Source: the human T2T-CHM13v2.0 reference genome, Homo sapiens. From it: DNA of 64,000 nucleotides. Below the pieces are notes generated by a model, which saw only the letters and a program-made list of their open reading frames with translations, searched no databases and was not told the DNA's origin. Positions 45,405 through 56,975 of this stretch are shown here, piece by piece. Position numbers and translations under genes: made by a program. Location of the stretch: NCBI RefSeq assembly GCF_009914755.1, contig NC_060937.1; one strand, given 5' to 3'. The number at the start of each line of letters is the position of its first letter. The stretch's first letter is position 1.

Positions 45405-45890
45405 AATTACTAACCAAGATGGCCTTAATGATCCCCTCAACTTGATTAAATTTTATAAAAGTTTCTTTCTGACTACAGGCCTTGACCTTCCTTTTCTTAG
45501 AGCATTTGCTTTAGAAAACTTGCATTTGTAAATTCTTTCTTTGGCCCTTTGAAATGTAAATTTCCTACAAGCCAGGAATGTCTTTCTCCAGGACCTGGGA
45601 GCCATTCCTTTGAAATGTAATCATTCTGTAAAATAGCACCTCTATCTCCCAGTCTCTGTGGGATGGCAGGAGCCTAACTTTCAAAAAGTACCAATTAGCA
45701 AACACAGATGGCCTAATCATATTGACTAACATCCCCTTAATTTCCGCCAGTACTTTTCTGCTAGCTTACCCCAGTGTTTAACAATTTTCTTTCTTTTATT
45801 CAATGGAGTTGAAAAAACCTTCATTTCCCATTGGAGTAGTCTTGAATAAAGTTTTCCTTGCCTATTTAATTGATCTGGTCCAAATACCTT
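45405..45890 (+). mobile_element. MER4-group ERV1 solo LTR (MER31/MER67-like)
   Basis: ccttttcttagagcatttgctttagaaaacttgca; ggacctgggagccattcctttgaaatgtaatc; aataaa near end. Confidence 0.65.
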
Positions 45891-47809
45891 CATATTTTAC
45901 TTTCTATTTATGCATTCATTTTTAGTAATATGAATGCGGAAGTAGAGAGACTTCACTAAGTATGTGGTAAAAAAACAGACAATGCAAACCTATATAAACT
46001 TATAATAATTTTCATGCTACTTTAAAACATATTTTTATGAAGAAGATATAACTACATGATTTACTTTTAAAACTGAACTGATTTTTTATCATACAGAATA
46101 TAATTTCAGATCATGACAATAATAGGGCTATTTGACTTACTTTTTTTTGTACTAGCATTACATGTCTTATACTTTGTGAATACTATTTATAATTTTTAGG
46201 TTTTGTTTTCTTTTTGTTGTGTGTTTGTGTTTACATTACTTAAAATGGCTGAGTGCCTCACATGTGATTGAGCCACAGTAAATATTTGTCAAATTTTTTC
46301 TAATACTTTATATACATTTTACTGTGAATACTTTTTTTTACTGTAGAGTTTTACAACTAATGTATTTCAAATCAAAGCGTTTTTATATTTAAAAAAAGGC
46401 AAAAATTCTTAACATTTTTCCCCACTCATGGCAAAAACTGTAGTTGTCATTTAAAAAAGGACATAATGAATGGAATTTCCCAGGTCACAGGTTGTTGCAG
46501 AGATTAAATCAACTGAGAGTAACAACCTTTCATAGCTAGAACACATTCTGTCCCTCACAAAATAGCACTGGAATGCATTTGAGTGAAAGGGATGTCTTTA
46601 TAAGAATAGCTAACATTCTTTCTAATGCTATATTAAAAATCAGAGCAATGGCACATATTTTAAGTATTTTAGGGAAAACGTATTTGTGCTATTCCTCAGA
46701 ACTGTTGTTTGTATACCAATGTATTGCAGGAAAACTTATCTAACAATAATGGGCTTTAATATAATTTTTCTAACGTCAAAATTATATGAAGCAAGAAATT
46801 CTCTCTCTTTTTCTTCTCTCCTTTCTAAATCATCCTTCCTGTTAGTCAGTGGATGCATTGAAATAGTGTGAGGAAAACAACAGAAAGGAAAATGGCAAGA
46901 TATCGGTTATAATTCTGTATTATATTCCATATCAATTTGGCTTAAAATGCTAGAAACTTCAACATGCTGTCTATTGAAAAAGAAACAATTAGATCCAGCT
47001 ATGGGAGAACTTATTATGCCTTTAATAGCAAGGGGTAAATATTCAATTTCAAATATTAAATAGTTATGACAATCTTTGCAGCAGTAAGTCAAGCATGTTT
47101 ACTTAAAAGGTTAAAAATCTGGTGAGTGACAATCGGCGTTTCCAAAAGAACTCTTGAAAACATGTGAATAGCAGTGTTGTGGTCTCTGGTGTTCTAAAAT
47201 ATTGAACATATCTAATCCAATGGCTAAGAAAATGAGGGACTGGATCCTGTAACAAACTCTGCTCTTAAAACCACAGAAAAGGAGGTTTACAAGAGCAAAG
47301 CATATGGTTAGAGAGTAAGCTCAGAGCCAAACTTCTATATAGGGCTAGTCTGCAGTGTCAGTAGTAAATGTAGAATGTAATCAGGAGAACACTAATCATT
47401 TGTTTTGACAAGGAATTATAACAAAGACTCATTGTTTCGACAAAGATTTTGACAAAATCACAGTAAATGTTGCCTAATTCAGTAATTTTCATTTGATTAC
47501 AAGCACTGAAAATTTAGACATTGAGAGTAAAATAAATTTTCAATCAAACGTATTTAGACACTGTTGGAAAGAATTTACAATTGAGGAGAATAATGACAAT
47601 AACACAGGAAAGACCTATGTGGAAAAGCATAAGGTGACTGCAAGGGAAAAGCCAATGCAAATTAAAACATAGGTCACTTTCTTCTCCTTAATATTTTTAT
47701 ACTTCCAATTCATTGTTCAATATGTCTGAGACAAAACTCTCAATCAATATATATTACACCCTAGTATTTCCATTAACATTCTACCTAACATTTAAAGATT
47801 AGTCAGAAT

Positions 47810-48480
47810 GACTTAGAGGGCACAGCCACTCATAGAGAGGTACGTGTTAGAGAAGGCAGTGCCCAGGGGATGTGGCTGCTGGCTTCAGTCCCAAAGGGAG
47901 GGGCATCAAACCATAATGGACTATTATCAGGCATTGATATTTGATTCAGCTTGTCCTGCTGGCTTAGGGACTTGCTTAGGACTGACAACCTTTTATTTTT
48001 TTAAATTTCTTCCTATGGGAATAAGAACGTCTTTCTTATTCCTGTTCCACCATTGTATTTTTATTTAAAAAGCAGATAACTTGTTTTCTTTTTTTACAGG
48101 TCCACAAATGGAGAAGACATTTTCTCCATGGTGGGCTCACCCATAACTGATTTAGATAATGAGGTCTGGGACATTTTCAGATGATTATATTCAGGTGAGA
48201 TTTTAGATTATATTTAATGCTGAGTAAAGATTTAAGGGGATGTTGGGATTGGGTGAATCCATATTGTGTGTGAGAAACGTATGAATTTGGGGAGCCAGAG
48301 GACAGACTGTTACAGGTTGAATTTTGTCCCTCAAAATATATTTTAAAACACTAGCCCATAATACCTGTGAATTTGACCATATTTGAAAATAGGGTTTTTG
48401 CAGATGTAATTAGTTAATGATATCAAGATGAAATCATCCTGGATTTAGGAGGCTCCTAAATCCAATGAATATCTTTATAT
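47810..48480 (+). mobile_element. MLT1 internal 3' end plus partial 3' LTR (LTR starts 48308)
   Basis: PPT-like ggggagccagaggacagac followed by tgttacaggttgaattttgtccc; gggtttttgcagatgtaattagtta. Confidence 0.8.
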
Positions 48481-51116
48481 GCTAGCACCAACTGTTAAAC
48501 AAGCCATTATTTTCCAACTAAATTGAAATGCCACTTCTGTCATGTATTAAGTTTTCATACGTACTTGGATATATTAATGGATTATTTAGTCTACTGATTG
48601 ACTTCTCTGTTATGTTGTCAAAATCATAGTGTTTTAAAAGGGCTATATTTGTCATAATATGTAATACCTGAGCAGGCAAATTCTCCCCAGATAGTCTCTG
48701 CTATTGCATTAGTCTTGACTATTTCAGATACTTATTCATCATATTAGTATAAAACTCATTTTTCCAAAATCCAAAAGTAAAGCTCAACGAGATTTATATT
48801 TAAGTTAAATAAATTAGTACATTAGTTTGGAAAACATTGACATTTTATGACATCTGTTTTTTTTCATTCAGAAGAGGGTACTTTTAATTTATTCATGCCT
48901 TACATAGCATATGATTTTTTTGTATGTCATGTGTACTATTTTAAACTTTTTATGTTTTTTATAGTTTTCATATCTATTGTAAATTATTTACCTACATTAT
49001 ATGTGTTTATTTATATATAAAAGTACACAAATGTGTAGAAATGCTATTTTTGTATTATATTCACTTTCTTTATATAACTGGTAAAAGCAAGCGATCAGAG
49101 TCATTTTTGAAACTTTATGTTTATTTTATGAATTAGTAGTAAAATTACTAATCACAGAAATTATTAAAAATCACCTTGTATTCAGCTACACAATCAAATT
49201 ATCAATTAAATGGAATATAATTGTGCCATTTCATTTTCCAGTTGATAATGTTTTCTGCAGTGTTTTATGTTCCAAAACCTCTAAAATTTTTAATAATTCT
49301 CAAAACAAAAGTCATCCTTGTTTACTACATTATTTTAATAAAAATGTTTTAGCAACATATTGTTTAATACTTTATTTGGTGGAGAAAGATTTTGTAAGTA
49401 TGCAGTATCATATTTGCATTTATAGTAAGCTGCATATTTTAATGTATTCATATTTTTCCTCTTATTTTTCTGAATATAACTCAGTAGATTTCCTAATGTT
49501 GAATTTATGAATTCCTAAAATAAGCTCTATTTGAATTGCTGATTATTAGATCTTTTGTTATATGTGCTAATAAGATGTTTGAATCATTATATATAAGGTA
49601 TATCCTTCATATTTTTATTTTAGTACTATCTTTAAAAGGTTTCAGTGTGATGGTTGTGCTGGATGTATTTATTATTTTAAGATAAATAAGAAAATCAAGA
49701 AATCCTGCTTAACCATCCTCTAAATGTGGCTTCAAGGTCATGGTTCAAAATGGATATTAAAACCGCAGCCATTTACACATAACCATACTGGAGAAAAATG
49801 GAAATGTAAGAAAGCAACTTCTCTAGTTAAGATCCCTACTCCCATATAATTACACAATACTTTTACGTATACCTTTGTTGCCCAGAATTTAATGACATGG
49901 TCTTAACAAATGCTAAAGAATCTGCATAATGTACTACCTATTGAGTGATCGTGTGTCCACTAGGAAATTAGGGCTCCTATCACTAAGAAATTAGCCAATG
50001 TCCTCTGTCATAGTGCTTTTCTCTAACCTCCAAATATCCATATGTACCTTTCTTCCCACATTTAAAACACACCCAGCCATCTCTCAAGGAAGATGATGAC
50101 AAACTTCTGTACAAGTTCTGCAGCTGGTCAAATCTTAGGATCTCTAGGGGATGTGCAGCTCCCACTGCTGCCTAGATATAGATCTTTTTGTCATTAGAAA
50201 CCTGTAACTAAAAGACGTGCTATCTAACATAGCCATTAATGTACTTCCTATAAATTGAAGTTGGATCTAGAAGGTTCATCGGATCCAAGTTTAATTTTGT
50301 CCTGGCAACACAATTCCATAAATGTTATGTGTATGCATCAAGAGAGTGTAATATTATGATACCTTGCTGCTTATAATTTTATAATGATGTTAGCTACTGG
50401 AGAGTATTTCTTAAATTCTTGAACTCACTAGGAGTTTAAACCGGTAATATTGTAAGTTAACCTTTTTTTTCAATTAGAGTTATGTACCACATGCAAATAT
50501 TTTAGTCAATGACAAACCATATATATGACAGTGGTTACATAAGGTTATAATGGAGCTGAAAAATTCCATTTGCCCAGTGATGTTATAGCAGTATTACTAA
50601 CATACTTCTGGTGATGCTGGTATAAATATACCTAAGACATCACCAGTCTTATAAAAGCATAGCACATACTATTATGTACAGTACATAATACTTAATAATA
50701 ATTATGATACCAGTGTGTGCAATTACTATACTATACTTTTAATTGGTACTTTAGAGCATACTCCTTTTTAAAAGAAGAAACTGAATTGGAAAACAGACTC
50801 AGGCAGGTCCTTCAGAAGGTAGTCTGAAAGAAGATGCTGTTATCACAAGAGATGACAGCTCCATGTGTGTGTTATTGCTCCTGAAAACCTTTCAGTGGGA
50901 TAAGATGTGGAGGCAGAAGACAATGATATTGAAGATTCTAACCCTGTGTAGGCCTAGGTAAACAGTGAGTGTATTTACGACTTAATTTTTAACAAAAATG
51001 TTTAAAGGGTAAACAATAAAAATGAAAAAATTAAAAATAGAAACTTATAGAATACGTATATAAAGAAAACATTTTTCTATAGCTATAAACTGTTCATGTT
51101 TTAAGCTGGGTGTTAT

Positions 51117-51665
51117 TGTCAGAGGCATGTGAACCAGAGCAACTCCGTCTTAAACAGGAGCTGGGTAAAATGAGGATGAAACCTACTGGGCTGCATTCAC
51201 AGACAGTTAAGGCATTCTAAGTCACAGGATGAGACAGGAGGTCAGCACAAAATACAGGTCATAAAGACCTTGCTGATAAAACAGGTTGAAGTAAAGGAGC
51301 TGGCCAAAACCCACCAAAACCAAAATGGTGACCAAGAGTGACCTCTGGTCATCCTCACTGCTATACTCCTACCAGTGCCATGAGAGTTTATAAATGCCAT
51401 GGCAACGTTAGGAAGTTACCCTATATGGTCTAAAAAGGGGAGGCATGGATAATTCACCCCTTGTTTTGCATATAATCAGAAATAACCATAAAAATGGGCA
51501 GTCAGCAGACCTCAGGGCTGCTCTATGGAGTAGCCATTCTTTTATTCCTTTACTTTCTTAATAAAATTGCTTTCACTTTGTATTGCGATCTCGCCTTGAA
51601 TCTTTCTTGCGTGAGATCCAATAACCCTCTTTTGGAGTCTGGGTCGGGACCCCTTTACTGTAAGA
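51117..51665 (+). mobile_element. MER41A solo LTR
   Basis: tgtcagaggcatgtgaaccagagcaactcc start; about 549 bp; 4-bp TSD ttat. Confidence 0.92.
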
Positions 51666-51712
51666 TTATTACCAAAGAATAATAAAGTTAAAAAAATAAA
51701 AATAAAAAGAGA

Positions 51713-51863
51713 TCCAGGCATGGTGACTTGTGCCTATAATCTCAGTTACTTCAGAGGCAGAGGCGGGATACCACTTGAGGCCAGGAGTTTGAGACCAGCC
51801 TGGGAAGCATAGTGAGACTCCCATCTTAAAAAAAATAAAAATAAAAATTTAGCCAGACATGGT
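51713..51863 (+). mobile_element. AluJ left monomer plus start of right monomer
   Basis: ccaggcatggtgac...gaggccaggagtttgagaccagcctggg...ttagccagacatggt. Confidence 0.88.
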
Positions 51864-52779
51864 TGAAAAGTTATAGAGTAAAAAATTATGGTAAGCTAAG
51901 ATTAATTTATTAGTGAAGAAAGAAATCTGAAAAAAATACATTTAGTGTAGACAATGTATACAGTGTTTATAATGTCTACAGCAGTGTACCGTAATTTTCC
52001 AGTCTTTCACATTCACTTACCACTTCCTGATTCACCCAGAGCAACTTCCTGTCCTGCAAGCTCTATTCCTGGTACATGCTCTAGACAGGTCTTCCATTTT
52101 CTATCTTTCATACCATACTTTACTCTATCTTATCTATGTTTAGATACATAAATACTTATTGTGTTACAATTGCTTACATTATTCAGTACATTAACATGTC
52201 GTACAGGTTTGTAGCCTAGGAGCGGTAGCCTACATCATATAGCCTAGAAGTGTAGTAGGCTATATCATCTAGCTTTCTGTAAGCACACTCAATGAGATTC
52301 ACACAGTGACAAAAATGCTTAATAAGGTATTTTCAGATTGTAATCCTGTCATTAAGTGAAGCATGACTGTATTTGAACCACTTCAAAAAAGAAAAAGTTT
52401 AATTCTGTTAACACTTTGGTCACTCAGGAGTAGAGATCACTTGGGAAAAGTAGAAAAACAAATTGATTTTTTAAAAATTTTCTACTGAGAAGTTAACAAA
52501 AAGTCAGTTATCTTGCATTATTCAAAGATGACTAAAGTATCCCTCTGAAAGTTGAACTTATGCCATTATAGAATTTTTTAAATGGAAACCATTTATCCTG
52601 TTACATTTATTTATTTTTAATTTTTTATTTTTAACTATTTTATTTATATGTTTCTAGGTTTTGATACATGATTGTATTTTTTCTTCTATTTTGATATTAT
52701 ACAATTTTTTTGATATTTCCTCTTATACTTTAAAACTTAAATAGTATATATGTTCCATTTGAGCTATATAATTTGAAAG

Positions 52780-55230
52780 AATAATTCCATTTTTAAAATA
52801 AGACTATTCTAATACCACCTAATAAAAAGTCCATCTTTCCTTTTTGACTTGTTTTTGAAATGAACTTTATAAATAGCTACGGCAGCTTCATAAAAATACT
52901 TAATGCCTCTCATTTTGGCACTGCACTCAATGTATAAATGTACCTAGGAGAACCTACATACCTAAGATGTTGAGAGTTGAAGCAGTCATGTGTGTCTTCA
53001 TTTCTTCAAGTCCAATCCAGTATATTTTATTAGTATTTTGTAGATTTTTCTATATATATTAGAGGTTTCATTTCAGGCTTATGACTAAGCATATAATTTC
53101 TTTACTTGCTGTAAAATATTTGATTTTATCTTCTATTATAATATTATTACATATATATACATATTTTTTGTATTTGTATGCAGGATGTATTTTTTTTTGC
53201 ATGTGTTAAATCTATAATCTGTTCTTTTACCAAATTTCTTGATAATTTTAATGATTTCATAGTTATTTCTTTGGAGTTTTCCTGATAGATATTTATGTAC
53301 AATGAAAATAGAAAGCATTTTACTTATGTTATCCTTTTCATTGTTTAAATATTTTATTTTCTCTTTTGTAATTGCATTATTTTAAATATCCAGTAAAGCT
53401 GTAAAGTGCATGAGAAATAGTAGGCATGTTTTTTTGTTTTTGAATTTAGTGCAAAGGTTTTAAATGTTTGTCCATTACACAAAATGTTGGTTTGGGGGCC
53501 AAAGTAAGTATTGATATAGGTATACAATATGTATTACGTAATACACAGAAGATTTTATTAAATTTAGAGATTATATACCTATCCTAATTACATTTAAAGA
53601 TTTAACCTGAATCTGTGTCTTATTTTATGAAATTATTTTTCTCCATCTTTGAAGAGATTGATTTTTCTTAATGCTTTGACTAAAATTATGGATGTTTTTG
53701 AGTTTCTTACTATTGAATGAACTGTATTCTTAGAAAAATTTCTGATTAATATGTCTTGTTTTTAATGTCTTATTGGATATTTTTTGCATTTTTTTCAGCA
53801 CCACATTATAGATAGTGCTTCCGTTTCTGACAATCGTGGTTTCTGATGATTAATCGATAAATCTTCCAATCATTGTTTCCCTATATTCAATGTTTTATTT
53901 TCCTCTAGTGGCTTTCAAGATTTTTTTCTTTATCTTTGGTATTCAGCAGCTTTACTGTAATATGTCTAGGCATTGTTTTATTTTATTTTATTACATTCGA
54001 AATTTGCTGAGTTCTTGAGCATTTATAACATTAATTTCTGGAGAGCTATGTTTATGATAACTTTAAATACTTTTTGCTCTGTTGTTTTATCTTCCTGTTT
54101 TCTACCCCCTAAAATAATTTGGACGCTTCAGTGATTCATTTGTTAAACTTTCTGATATAATTCCACTTATCTTGAAGGATCTGTTTTCCTTTTTTCAGTA
54201 TATTTTTCTCTATTCTCCAAATGCATAATTTGTATTCATTTATTTTCAAGTTCACTCCTTTAAGTTCATTTTGTATTTTATCATCTCCATTTTGCTATTG
54301 TATACATCCACTGATTTTGTATTTCAGATTTTTTCACTATTATAGTTTTATTAGATGCTTTTTTAACTTAAAAAAATCTCTATGAACATTATCTTCTGTT
54401 TATTTCATGTGTGTTATTCTTTACTATGTTGAACATAGTTTCAATAGCTGCTTTAAAGTCTTTGGTAATGTCAACATCTTGGACTTATTTGGATACGCAC
54501 TACTGCTGTTTTATCCAAAGGTAATTAATTACATACTAACAGGTCTTTGCATGTTTTAATTAAATTTTGTCTTGAGCAAATTGAATGTTACCATATGTAG
54601 TCTCTAGGTCTGTTACCATCCTTTGGAAAAGGTTACTTTTTTTTTTTTTTACATTTTAGCAGACAGTCAGCCAAAGTAGGTTCAGACCTTTGCTTCATTT
54701 CTTTTGTCTGTGGCTCATATAGCCATTTAATTCTCAAAGCTCAACTGCTCTACTTTTTTGGGTCTGTCATGCACATGAAACACTCAGTGATTTGAGACTA
54801 GGATGTTGATGTAAATCTCAATTCAGTTTCTAAACCTTTGTGCTGCTGATTTGAGACTACCAGTGCTTGTATAGCTTGAGGTTAGCTTGAGGTGAGCCTG
54901 AGACTTGTATAAGTTACTACACAAAACTAGTGTTTTTCTTTATTTAGATATCTCCCTCATGGAATTTTTTTCTGCATTCTCCAACGCCAAAGGCTCTATA
55001 TTCTGGCTGTTCTGGCCAGATAGACAGGATTTCCCTTTCACTGAAGCTTTCCCTGGGGTTCCACTAGTGTGGATTGCTCTCAGAGCTCAAAAGGAAAAAT
55101 GATCTATGAGATTCTTTTCCTAAGTTTGAATTTCACCACAATACACTTGGTATTATCTAATTTTCATAATCAACAGGAAACTTATTTTTTGTAGTTTGAT
55201 CAGAAATTTTAGTTGCAGTAAGTGAGAGAA
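52780..55230 (-). mobile_element. Very old L1ME-like remnants
   Basis: gctttcaagattttttctttatctttggtattcagcagctttactgtaatatgtctagg is an antisense ORF1-like motif. Confidence 0.55.
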
Positions 55231-55510
55231 AGGGGTTATAATGAGTTTTTATTTTAAAAAGGGGTTATGCTGAGTTTTTATTTTAAAACTATAAAACGAA
55301 TAAAGTGGGAAAAAAGGCTTTTACTGAGTTTGTATTTTAAAAGTAAATTTTTTTTTAATTTAAAAAAATTTCTGACACCCTTCACTTGGGATAAGTATCT
55401 TTTATACGGAAAGTCTTGAACCTTTCATTTTTTGTCAATCCGAATGTTTTCTCTTTATAAATTCATGTAAATTTATTAATATTATTGATATTTTGGCTTT
55501 ACTTATTTCA

Positions 55511-55830
55511 TTTTTTTTTGTTTTTGTTTTTGTTTTTGTTTTTTGAGACGGAGTCTCCTCTCGCTCTGCCGCCCAGGCTGGAGTGCAGTGGCACGATCTA
55601 GGCTCACTGCAAGCTCCGCCTCCCAGGTTCACGCCATTCTCCTGCTTCGGCCTCCCAAGTAGCTGGGACTACAGGCACCCACCACCACTCCTGGCTCATT
55701 TTTTTGTATTTTTAGTAGAGACTTGGTTTCACCATGTTAGCCAGGATGGTCTGGATCTCCTGACCTGGTGATCCGCCTGCCTCGGCCTCCCAAAGTGCTC
55801 GGATTATAGGCGTGAGCCACTGCGCCCGGC
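55511..55830 (-). mobile_element. AluY with (TTTTTG)n tail
   Basis: gcaagctccgcctcccaggttcacgccattctcc and gttagccaggatggtc diagnostics. Confidence 0.95.
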
Positions 55831-55984
55831 TTCATATTAAGATACATCTTTATATTTTACATTAGACATTTTCATCATGTCTTTTATCCTTTCTCAATTT
55901 TTAATACAAATTTTGTTTTTCAGGAAGGTTATTATTTTTGTTTTGTTTTTGTGATAATAATATTAACGTAATACACTTAATATC

Positions 55985-56233
55985 TTTTTTTTTTTTGAGA
56001 CAGTGTCGCACTGTCGCCCAGGCTGAAGTGCAGTGGCGGCGATCTCAGCTCACTGAAACCTCTAACTCCCAGGTTCAAGTGATTCTCCTGCCTCAGCCTC
56101 CCAAGTGTCTGGGATTACAGGCTTCCACCACCACACCCGGCTAATTTTTTGTATTTTAAGTAGAGACGGGGTTTCAATATGTTGGCCAGGCTGGTCTTGA
56201 ACACCTGACCTTGTGATCCACCTGCCTTGGCCT
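55985..56233 (-). mobile_element. AluS (Sg-like), 5'-truncated
   Basis: Alu sequence ends at cctgccttggcct, lacking about the first 45 nt. Confidence 0.92.
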
Positions 56234-56723
56234 TAATCTGCTTTTTGGGGGATTAGAGAAAGAATATTGTCTACTGCTTACCTACTAGAACAATGTTAAA
56301 ATCAGCTAATAACTTTTTCTAACTCATTTTCTTCTTTTTCCGTAACATCTCATTTGTAATTAGATGACTTGCTTCCAAATAATTGCTATAATAAGCAATC
56401 TGACCTGCCTGAATTGATACTTTTGAAAGTAACATTACCAGAGTTTTTGTCTGTTAAAAACTATACATTATACTTAATGAATATAATTTAGTTTTATGTT
56501 ACAAGAAAGAGATATATATTTATATATAAATGTATATATTTACATATATGTAATAAATATACATTAAGTACATTTATATATTATATATATATTTAATGTT
56601 CCCCATCAGTCAGTATCCTGTTTCTTCAATTTTTGCTTGTTTGTATGTCTAAAGCATGTTCTTAAGTAGATACTTGAGGAAAGTTTCATAACATGAATAT
56701 TTCTTCTTTTCTTGTATGGCTAT

Positions 56724-56890
56724 TGTGATGATTAATTTTCTGTGTCCACATGACTGAGCAATAGGGTTTCTAGACATTTGATCAAACACTAATCTAGGTA
56801 TGTCTGTGAGGGTGTTTCTGGCTGAGATTAACACATGAATTGGTAGACTGTCCGAGTAAAGATTGTCTCCCTAATGTAAGTGGGCCTCAT
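56724..56890 (+). mobile_element. MLT2 (ERVL) LTR 5' fragment
   Basis: tgtgatgattaattttctgtgtc...gtctgtgagggtgtttctggctgagattaac...gtgggcctcat. Confidence 0.85.
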
Positions 56891-56929
56891 ATATATATGT
56901 ATATATATGTGTGTGTGTGTATGTATGTA

Positions 56930-56972
<43 letters not shown>
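56889..56972. repeat. Compound (TA)n/(TG)n/(TATG)n microsatellite
   Basis: Direct read. Confidence 0.95.

Positions 56973-56975
<3 letters not shown>

Larger units (their letters stand above)
50477..52369 (+). mobile_element. Tigger3(b)/MER7 DNA transposon with nested inserts
   Basis: TA-flanked decayed TIRs (gagttatgtaccacat... and ...ttaagtgaagcatgactg); ataatggagctgaaaaattcc and gtacaggtttgtagcctaggagc motifs. Confidence 0.88.

Noticed and set aside
55231-55342. 29-bp tandem duplication plus partial third copy
   Set aside because: Ordinary local slippage at the edge of an old L1.
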